Assembly (NCBI GenBank): GCA_036514715.1
Contig: DATBWR010000004.1
Span: 73,147 to 137,146, forward strand
Length of the DNA: 64,000 bases
Reading direction: 5' to 3'
Origin: Candidatus Nanoarchaeia archaeon
GTDB lineage: Bacteria; Patescibacteriota; Microgenomatia; Woykebacterales; RBG-16-39-9b
The notes below the pieces were generated by a model that saw only the letters and a list, made by a program, of their open reading frames with translations, did no database searches and was not told the DNA's origin. The position numbers and the translations under genes are program-made. Positions 56,930 through 64,000 of this stretch are shown here, one piece after another (within the stretch, counting starts at the first letter, position 1; every line of letters begins with the position of its first letter).

Positions 56930-58840
56930 ATGGCGATCAAGGTAATCGACACTAGAGCCCGTGAAATAATCGCTAAACCCAAAAACCCGTCTCCTGGTAA
57001 ACTCAAACTTTTCTTCAAAACCGCTGCGATCAGCTTTTTAGTTACCTTAGGAATTTTGGCTGGGGTTTTGGCAGTTCTGGCCGTCTTACTTTATCCTAAA
57101 GCTAAAACTTTGGCTGCCCAAGTTGAAAATACCTATGCGCAGGCTAAAAAAGTAGAGGCTGCTTTAGAGGACAGGGATGTAAAATTAGCAGAGAGAGATC
57201 TGAAAGAGCTTAAAAACGAACTTGCCGATACTCAAGCTGAGTTTAAAAACTTAAGTTTCATTCGCTTCGTGCCAATTGCCGCCTCTTACTACAGCGATGG
57301 TGAGCACCTACTTAAGGCGGCAAGTTTAGGGGTAGAGGTTGGCGAGGCCGCACTTGTCGCTGTTGATCCTTTTGGAGATGTGCTGGGATTTAAGGGTTAC
57401 AAAGAGAGCTTAACTGCGGAAGCGAAAGCGGAAAAAATAGTTAAAGAGGTTTTGCCCAATCTAACGCCATTGGTGGATGAAATTTCCGAAAAACTTGTTT
57501 TGATTGAAAAGGAAGTTGGTCAGATTAACGAGACCCACTATCCGCAAAATTTCGAAGTCAAAGGTTTTAACGTAAGAAAAAGTTTGAGGCAAGCTAAAGA
57601 AGCCTTATTAGCCTCCCGAGAGTTTATTCCTGAAATTAAACCCCTGCTCTTGGCTGCCCCTGACATTGCCGGAGAACCGGATGAGAAAGTTTATTTAATT
57701 CTGTTGCAAAACGATAAGGAACTGCGCTCCACTGGCGGTTTCATTACTTCTTACGCTTTAGCCCGTGTTAAGGGAGGACGTTTGCTTGAAATTGAAAGCG
57801 ACGATATTTACCAACTGGATTTGAAGTACCGCCGTACTGAGGTTGCTCCAGAGCCAATTAAAAAATACTTAGGTCACAACTCTCTGCCGATCCGCGACTC
57901 CAACCTTTCACCGGATTTCAAATTGGCCGCGCTGAAATTTGAGACTATGTACAACACCATCCCCAAGATGCCGAAAGTGGATGGAATCTTCGCGCTTGAC
58001 ACTGAGTTTGTCCGTACTTTTCTCGAGGTGACTGGGCCGATCACTACTAAAAAAACTAAAGAAACTTTTTCAGCTGAAAAAAACCGCCTTGGGATACCCG
58101 ACGTTGTCTATAAACTTGAGCTGCACGCAGAAAAAATCAACGCCGGCAAGCCCGACCGCAAAGGAATTTTAGGGGAGCTGATGGACAGCCTGATTGACAA
58201 AGTCCTTAACGCCAAAACTGAAGAGTTTCCAAAATACATTGAGGCGCTAGTTAAAACTGTTGAAGAGAAACACTTCTTGTTCTATTTCCACAACAGTGCT
58301 GCCCAAGAATTCGCGGAAAAATACAATGCCGCCGGACGAATTAAAGATTTTGACGGCGATTATTTCCACTTGAATAACTCTAATTTCGGTGGTTTGAAAG
58401 GTAATCTTTATATTAAGACTAAGGTCGAGCAGGACATACAAGTTGCTCCTGACGGAGAAATTGTTAAAAAAGTCGATGTTACTTTGACTAATCCAGCGCG
58501 AGCTGATGGTTGGTTGAACTCAATTTACTTAAATTGGATGAGACTTTACGTTCCAGAGGACTCTACTTTAATTAGCAAAAAAGTCCAGAAAGATTTTACC
58601 AGTAGTGAAGAGCTCTCTAAAGAAGTTTATCGCGGTTATGGAGCCACTTACCCGCTTAACTTTAGTGTTTCTACTTTTACTTATAAACTCCCCTTTAAGC
58701 TAAAAAATGGGCAGCCTTACAAAATGATGATCCAAAAACAGCCGGGTGTGGAAGAAGTGGAGATGATTATTAAGATTAACGGGGTTGAAAAAGAACATTT
58801 TATGCTCCGTACCGACCGTGAACTAGAGATCACTATCTAG
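56930..58840 (+). CDS. Large membrane-anchored extracytoplasmic hypothetical protein (possibly DUF4012-like)
   Basis: N-terminal TM helix, coiled-coil, large soluble domain; follows the sugar transferase. Confidence 0.4.
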   Translation: MAIKVIDTRAREIIAKPKNPSPGKLKLFFKTAAISFLVTLGILAGVLAVLAVLLYPKAKTLAAQVENTYAQAKKVEAALEDRDVKLAERDLKELKNELADTQAEFKNLSFIRFVPIAASYYSDGEHLLKAASLGVEVGEAALVAVDPFGDVLGFKGYKESLTAEAKAEKIVKEVLPNLTPLVDEISEKLVLIEKEVGQINETHYPQNFEVKGFNVRKSLRQAKEALLASREFIPEIKPLLLAAPDIAGEPDEKVYLILLQNDKELRSTGGFITSYALARVKGGRLLEIESDDIYQLDLKYRRTEVAPEPIKKYLGHNSLPIRDSNLSPDFKLAALKFETMYNTIPKMPKVDGIFALDTEFVRTFLEVTGPITTKKTKETFSAEKNRLGIPDVVYKLELHAEKINAGKPDRKGILGELMDSLIDKVLNAKTEEFPKYIEALVKTVEEKHFLFYFHNSAAQEFAEKYNAAGRIKDFDGDYFHLNNSNFGGLKGNLYIKTKVEQDIQVAPDGEIVKKVDVTLTNPARADGWLNSIYLNWMRLYVPEDSTLISKKVQKDFTSSEELSKEVYRGYGATYPLNFSVSTFTYKLPFKLKNGQPYKMMIQKQPGVEEVEMIIKINGVEKEHFMLRTDRELEITI

Positions 58841-59083
58841 TTAACTACTTCTTTTGTTTCGGCAAAAGAAGTTTCCAAGAAAAGCCGACCCCTGCTGCGT
58901 TGGCTGTTGAACTAGAGCAAAAGTTGCTTCGGGACATCCTCGGGAACCGCTTCCTCTTGAACTTTTGCTAGTTCAAAGACGCCAACTCCGCAAAGGGGAC
59001 CCCAAGAACGAGTGCTCGCAATGGTGGTTAGGGAGTCAGGATTTTGAATTCTCGCTTGCTTGTATTAAAATATATGTATACCC

Positions 59084-59854
59084 ATGAATTCATTTGCCAC
59101 GGAAGCTGTTGTTCTCAAGAGACGCGATTTTGGTGAAGCTGATCGTCTGGTTACTTTTTTTACCAAGAGAAAAGGCAAAGTCGTCGCACTAGCTAAAGGT
59201 GTCAGAAAAGTAACTTCTAGGAGAGCCCCAAACATTGAGCTACTTAACCACGTTAGAATCTTTCTACACGAGACAAAGGGATTGCCAATTCTTACTGAAG
59301 CTGAAGAAGTTGAGAGTTTCAAAAACCTGAAGGGAGATCTTAGAAAACTAAGTATTAGCTACTTGGTTTTGGAACTGGTGGATCAGTTTTTTGATGAGGG
59401 TCAGAAAAGTGAGGAAATCTTTGATTTATTTGTTAAGACCATCCGTGGGATTGATGGAAACCCTGAGATTGAAAAAGCTAGGATCTTACAAGGGAGCTTC
59501 CAGATTAAACTTCTTACTCAGGTTGGTTACCTACCTGAGCTTTACCGGTGTGCTAAATGCGGGGATCCTCTGGTGCCGCAAGACAACTTCTTAAGCCCAA
59601 ATATAGGGGGTTTGGTGGATGAAGCTTGTAACCGTCAGACACTGCTTTCTAAGAAAGCTAGCGTTGAAACTGTTAAAACCCTGCGCTTTCTAAAAAGTAA
59701 ACCCGTTAGCTTAGTAGAGAAACTTAAAGTTGCCCCAAATATCGTTAAAGAGACTACTGAAGCTCTTAATTTTTACACCACCTTTTTTCTGGAGAGAGAT
59801 TTAAGTTCCCCACAATTTGCTGCCCAAGTAGACAAAGTTTTTCTCCGTCACTAA
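59084..59854 (+). CDS. recO: DNA repair protein RecO
   Basis: N-terminal OB-fold region; C-terminal Cys4 zinc motif (CAKCGD...). Confidence 0.7.
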   Translation: MNSFATEAVVLKRRDFGEADRLVTFFTKRKGKVVALAKGVRKVTSRRAPNIELLNHVRIFLHETKGLPILTEAEEVESFKNLKGDLRKLSISYLVLELVDQFFDEGQKSEEIFDLFVKTIRGIDGNPEIEKARILQGSFQIKLLTQVGYLPELYRCAKCGDPLVPQDNFLSPNIGGLVDEACNRQTLLSKKASVETVKTLRFLKSKPVSLVEKLKVAPNIVKETTEALNFYTTFFLERDLSSPQFAAQVDKVFLRH

Positions 59855-59870
59855 AATTGACTAGGTCTTT

Positions 59871-60479
59871 ATGAATAATTTGTTAGCCTTTTATCGCGGG
59901 CTTATTGCCCAAAACCGCCGCTGGTTTTGGGCAGTAGTAATTGTCTTTTTGATTGGTTTTGTCTCTGGGGTTTCTATTTCCCTTGTAGCCCCTTCTGTTA
60001 CCCAGACTATCATTGACGAATACGCTAGCTCTCTTGACCCAAGCGTAAAGCCTGGTTTACCACTCAGTTTGTATGTTTTTGAGCGTAACGCAATAATTGT
60101 GCTCATCACGACAGTCGGTGGCTTTTTGTTTGGGCTTTTACCGGTAGTAGTGGGCTTTATGAACGGTTTGGTTCTAGGTGCACTAGTGGGCTTCCCACAA
60201 ATTTATCAAGCCTTAAATCCAGTTCAGCTCTTTTTCTTAATCGCTCCGCATGGTATTTTCGAGTATGCCGGTAGTTTGCTGGCACTCTCCTTTGGCCTGA
60301 AATTAGGGCTCAACTGGTTGTTTGGAGCCGCAAGGGGCAAAAGAAAGATGGTTTTTTTCACTGATCTTAAAGAAACTTTGGCAATTATTCCTTTGACTTT
60401 AGCATTGTTGTTGGCAGCAGCGTTTGTTGAAGGAACACTCACTACCAACATCGCTTGTTTTGTAGCGGGAGCGTGTTAA
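59871..60479 (+). CDS. SpoIIM/DUF95-like membrane protein
   Basis: 202 aa, 5-6 TM helices; family-typical pattern. Confidence 0.45.
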   Translation: MNNLLAFYRGLIAQNRRWFWAVVIVFLIGFVSGVSISLVAPSVTQTIIDEYASSLDPSVKPGLPLSLYVFERNAIIVLITTVGGFLFGLLPVVVGFMNGLVLGALVGFPQIYQALNPVQLFFLIAPHGIFEYAGSLLALSFGLKLGLNWLFGAARGKRKMVFFTDLKETLAIIPLTLALLLAAAFVEGTLTTNIACFVAGAC

Positions 60480-60520
60480 AATCGTTGCAGTTTATGCAAA
60501 ATTCATCCAAACAGGATTTG

Positions 60521-61813
60521 ATGGAGAAATTAGTTTCCTTGGCAAAGAGGAGGGGCTTTGTCTTTCAAGGTAGTGAAATTTACGGTGGGTTAAACGGAAC
60601 TTGGGACTTGGGTCCACTGGGAACTCTTTTAGCTAAAAACATTAAAGATGAGTGGTGGAAGAGTGTTGTCCAAAAGCGGGAAGATGTAGTCGGTTTGGAT
60701 TCGACGATTTTACACCACCCCAAAGTTTGGGAAGCTTCCGGCCACATTAAAAACTTCACCGACCCCCTAGTTGAGTGTAAAAACTGTCATCACCGCCTGC
60801 GGGAAGACACTTTACCGAAAGATGGAAAGTGCCCAAATTGTGGTAAAAAAGACTTTACCAAGCCTCGTGATTTCAATCTCATGTTCAAAAGTCATATTGG
60901 TCCAGTGGAAGACGAAACAGGAGTAGTTTATTTGCGGCCGGAAACGGCTCAAGGGATTTTCATTAATTTCGACAACGTTCTACAATCCTCACGCCTCAAA
61001 ATACCTTTTGGTATCGCCCAAATCGGTAAGGGCTTTCGCAACGAAATTACTACCGGCAACTTTCTCTTCCGAGTACGCGAGTTTGAAATGATGGAGCTAG
61101 AGTACTTTGTTAAACCAGGAACGGAGAAAAAATGGCACACTTACTGGCAAAAAGAGCGTCTAAACTGGTTTTTGGGCCTAGGAATTAAAAAAGAAAATAT
61201 TAAACTTATCCAACTTCCACAGGAAGAATTAGCCCATTACTCCAAGGGAACTTCTGAACTTCATTACAACTGGCCATTTATGGGTTGGGGAGAACTGGAA
61301 GGGATTGCTTCAAGGGGCGATTACGATCTCAAGCAACATATGAAACTTTCCGGTAAGGACTTAAGTTATTTTGACGAAGAAGAAAAGGAAAAGTATTTGC
61401 CGTACGTAATTGAGCCTTCGGTTGGGGTTGGAAGGGCGATGCTTGCTTTTATTATCGATGCCTATGCTGAGGATGCGGCTGAAGGGGAAGTGAGAACTGT
61501 TCTGCGCTTCCATCCTAAACTTGCCCCGATTAAAGCAAGCGTCCTACCTTTGGTTAAAGATGAAAAGTTAGTAAAAATAGCTCAAGATCTCTACCACCAG
61601 TTGAAAGAGGATTGGTTCGTGACCTATGACGAAACTTCTTCCATTGGCCGCCGCTACCGCCGCGCTGATGAGGCTGGCACTCCGTTTGCGATCACCGTTG
61701 ATTTTGATACACTCAAAGATAAAGCCGTAACTATCCGTGACCGCGACTCCATGAAACAAGGACGCGTTAAAATCTCCGAAGTTGCCACCTATCTCAAAGA
61801 AAAGATCGGTTAG
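60521..61813 (+). CDS. glyQS: Glycine--tRNA ligase (dimeric alpha2, class II)
   Basis: MEKLVSLAKRRGFVFQGSEIYGGLNGTWD N-terminus; class II motifs; zinc-ribbon insertion CKNCHH...CPNCG. Alternative start at 60494. Confidence 0.9.
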   Translation: MEKLVSLAKRRGFVFQGSEIYGGLNGTWDLGPLGTLLAKNIKDEWWKSVVQKREDVVGLDSTILHHPKVWEASGHIKNFTDPLVECKNCHHRLREDTLPKDGKCPNCGKKDFTKPRDFNLMFKSHIGPVEDETGVVYLRPETAQGIFINFDNVLQSSRLKIPFGIAQIGKGFRNEITTGNFLFRVREFEMMELEYFVKPGTEKKWHTYWQKERLNWFLGLGIKKENIKLIQLPQEELAHYSKGTSELHYNWPFMGWGELEGIASRGDYDLKQHMKLSGKDLSYFDEEEKEKYLPYVIEPSVGVGRAMLAFIIDAYAEDAAEGEVRTVLRFHPKLAPIKASVLPLVKDEKLVKIAQDLYHQLKEDWFVTYDETSSIGRRYRRADEAGTPFAITVDFDTLKDKAVTIRDRDSMKQGRVKISEVATYLKEKIG

Positions 61814-61857
61814 TTCAAATTTTCCCTAGAGTTGTTAAATTAGTTATACTATAAGCA

Positions 61858-63039
61858 ATGCCCGAAATTTGGAGATTTGTTTCCCCACTTCTTAACTACC
61901 TTGTTAAATACAAAGTAATCCTTTTTGGTATTTTGCTATTTTTGGTTAGTACCTTGAGCCTTTATCAAGTTCTGAAATCAAATCAGGACAAAGTAGACCT
62001 GACTGACAAACTTTCCCAAAAAGAGTTTTTAGTGGCTTCTTTCAGTGCACGAGCCAAAAGCCTTTTGGCTGAAAACGAAAGGATTTTAAGTGAAGATGCT
62101 CGAGCCGAATTAGACACTTTCAACCAAGTTGTTGATAAATACAACGTTGTTAAAGAAAAGACTGCTAGCTACAAAGGCCAGGGGGTCAACGTTAGCAGTA
62201 TCGAACCTCAGCTTGTGAGCGTAATTGATTTAATTCTTTCTAAGAAATACGCTGATGCAGATACTCTTTTGACCACCTTGGATACCAACCTTGAGACTGA
62301 ACTTAAAAACACACAGGCTGCTGCTGCACCTAAAACCACCACGACAACCACTTGTTCTGCTGTACCTTCATCTGGTTACTGCCGTTTGACTATCAACGGT
62401 TTTACTGTGGATGTTGTTGCGGCCTCTGTGGGTTCTGTGTGGACTGACACTGACAATTCCAATGATTGTTCTGACTCTTGCCCAACCAAATCTCTGTCAA
62501 GCTACGTTAGCGCTAACGGTGGTTACGCGGGGATCAACGGTACTTATTTCTGTCCGCCGGATTATTCGTCATGCGCCGGGAAAGTTAACTCTTATGATTT
62601 TCCAGTTTACAACTCTAACTTGAGCAAGTGGCTAAATTACGGTAACATTCTTTGGGACAACCGGGCGATGATGACCTTTACTAGTGGGGGAGCGACTTTT
62701 TATCCCCAAGCCGCAGGCTATTTCGGGCAGTCAGTAAGAGCCGGGATTGTTAATTTCCCGGGGTTAGTTTACAACGGGGCTAATATTGTCGGCAATTACA
62801 GCTTGACCAGCGCCCAGTACACCAAAGGCTACCGCGGTGGGGTGGCGGTGAAAGGTGGTACTGTCTACCTCGTAATCGCCCGTAGCGCTTCTGTACCAGA
62901 TTTGGCTGGTGTTATGGTGGCAATGGGAGTAACTCACGCTTTGAATTTGGACGGAGGAGGATCGTCGGCGATGTACTACAACGGTTCCTATAAAGTTGGA
63001 CCAGGCCGCTTGCTACCTAACGCTTTGATTTTGAAGTGA
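61858..63039 (+). CDS. Phosphodiester glycosidase family protein (NAGPA-like, DUF2233), secreted and Cys-rich
   Basis: N-terminal TM/signal anchor; C-terminal ...ALNLDGGGSSAMYYNG motif characteristic of PF09992. Confidence 0.6.
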   Translation: MPEIWRFVSPLLNYLVKYKVILFGILLFLVSTLSLYQVLKSNQDKVDLTDKLSQKEFLVASFSARAKSLLAENERILSEDARAELDTFNQVVDKYNVVKEKTASYKGQGVNVSSIEPQLVSVIDLILSKKYADADTLLTTLDTNLETELKNTQAAAAPKTTTTTTCSAVPSSGYCRLTINGFTVDVVAASVGSVWTDTDNSNDCSDSCPTKSLSSYVSANGGYAGINGTYFCPPDYSSCAGKVNSYDFPVYNSNLSKWLNYGNILWDNRAMMTFTSGGATFYPQAAGYFGQSVRAGIVNFPGLVYNGANIVGNYSLTSAQYTKGYRGGVAVKGGTVYLVIARSASVPDLAGVMVAMGVTHALNLDGGGSSAMYYNGSYKVGPGRLLPNALILK

Positions 63040-63133
63040 TCAGCTTTGTTGTTCGGTCGGTGAATTTTTCCTTTAAACCAATCCGCTGTTCGGAAACCTA
63101 ATTTACGATAGTTTTTCTTGAGGTTCATATAAT

Positions 63134-63883
63134 TTAAAGCGAGCGTTTAGAGGGGCCGGTGTAGTCAACATCGCTTTCGTCAAGACGGCGGAGGGTTTTA
63201 GCTTCTTGTTCCTCAAGGACATGAGCAGCCAGACCGGCAACTCTCGCGATAATGAAAAGACTTTTGCCAAGGCGGTAATCAAAACCCATTTCGCTCATTA
63301 AAGCAGCAGTTACCCCATCAATGTTCAAAGGTAGTTTTTTGCCGGAACTTTTTTCCAATTCTTTTTCAATTTCCAAGGATAGTTTTACGTATTTGCCGTT
63401 AAAACCTGTACCTTCAGCGATTTTAATTAGAGTTTGCGTGCGTGGGTCGACTTCGTAGATTTTGTGGCCAAATCCGGGAACTCGTTTACTTCTTTCTTTG
63501 TAATCAGCAACAACTTCACTTGCAGACTTGTTAATATTTTCTTGCAACATTTTAGCAGCTGCTTCGGCTGCCCCGCCGTGGTTTTCACCGATAGCGGCAA
63601 TTCCATTAGCAATTGCAGTTGAACTAGGAACGCCACTTGAAGCAGTAATTCTAGCAACCGTAGTTGATGGAGCACCAACGCCATGATCAATTGCGGAAAC
63701 AAGAATGGCGTTGAGAAGCTTTTCTTCCCTTTCATTGGGAAGCTCACCCCGTAAAACTAAGAAAATCGCCTGGGTGAAATTAACCTTTTGGATTAAAGAG
63801 AGTAGATTATAGCCCCGAATAATGGGGTCGCCGTTTTCATCATGAGTAGTTATTGATGTTGACCAACGTTCTTTTTCGCTCAT
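63134..63883 (-). CDS. Short citrate-synthase-family protein (citryl-CoA lyase-like)
   Basis: GFGHKIY matches the citrate synthase GFGHRVY signature; only about 249 aa, covering the C-terminal catalytic region. Confidence 0.6.
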   Translation of the reverse strand: MSEKERWSTSITTHDENGDPIIRGYNLLSLIQKVNFTQAIFLVLRGELPNEREEKLLNAILVSAIDHGVGAPSTTVARITASSGVPSSTAIANGIAAIGENHGGAAEAAAKMLQENINKSASEVVADYKERSKRVPGFGHKIYEVDPRTQTLIKIAEGTGFNGKYVKLSLEIEKELEKSSGKKLPLNIDGVTAALMSEMGFDYRLGKSLFIIARVAGLAAHVLEEQEAKTLRRLDESDVDYTGPSKRSL

Positions 63884-64000
63884 TTAATCGTTAGAGGCAA
63901 TTGCCTTAACTGCTCCGACAATCGTAATAATATTTAGTACAAGAAGCGGCACAGCCACTGCCAAAGCAGCTGCGGATGCGACAATTATACCATCTTTGAA
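63884..64000 (-). CDS. C-terminal fragment of an upstream minus-strand gene (runs off the window)
   Basis: ...FKDGIIVASAAALAVAVPLLVLNIITIVGAVKAIASND*; stop abuts the start of the citrate-synthase-like gene. Confidence 0.3.
   Translation of the reverse strand, partial: FKDGIIVASAAALAVAVPLLVLNIITIVGAVKAIASND

Overview
This 64-kb window is an AT-rich bacterial chromosomal segment, roughly 40% GC by eye. It is compactly packed with mostly co-directional genes, frequent 4-25 bp gene overlaps and rather short protein lengths, for example a 452-aa class II GlyRS. That suggests a reduced-genome lineage; CPR/Patescibacteria-like is an inference only, since no rRNA or tRNA is present to support it. 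Major blocks are as follows. (1) 24-8921 is a copper/thiol-redox island: a SCO1-like CxxxC thioredoxin-fold protein, a CcdA-like protein, a small membrane protein with a CxxC motif, an ArsR-YHS fusion regulator, a Met-rich DUF305-like protein, a MacB-type ABC pair, three membrane proteins and a CopA-like P1B ATPase with an unusual CPD motif. (2) 8.9-18.5 kb is an accessory-looking stretch. It holds a wHTH/Cas2-PaaX-like protein flanked by two copies of a conserved hairpin repeat, and a candidate ~160-nt sRNA driven by a perfect TTGACA-17-TATAAT promoter. It also holds three unrelated small GC-elevated ORFs, each preceded by conserved palindromic upstream elements in a cassette-like array. A HhH protein, an M50-CBS protease, YjbQ and a Crp/Fnr regulator follow. 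A GC-rich structured RNA candidate sits immediately upstream of an eRF1/Pelota domain-2-like (baeRF-type) protein, near a B3/B4 tRNA-binding-domain protein. (3) SecA. (4) 21.4-47.9 kb is a large glycan/polysaccharide biosynthesis cluster: an epimerase, YvcK, GlmS, a WbpA/B/E/D-like UDP-2,3-diacetamido uronic acid pathway, an AsnB-like amidotransferase, WecB, a Wzx flippase, a Wzy/ligase-like protein, many GT4 glycosyltransferases, and a module of GT2, a small flippase-like protein and a GT-C-like protein. (5) A RelE/YoeB-RHH TA pair, an AlkD-like protein, an aldo/keto reductase, a GC-rich foreign-looking membrane gene, Qor, an ~85-bp upstream region duplicated in front of two unrelated genes with an 8-2-8 palindrome, a GNAT, a GT4, ManC, a PglC/WbaP-like initiating sugar transferase and a large secreted protein. 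(6) RecO, a SpoIIM-like protein, GlyRS, a phosphodiester glycosidase and a short citrate-synthase-family protein. All calls come from reading the sequence and ORF translations; no database searches were run.
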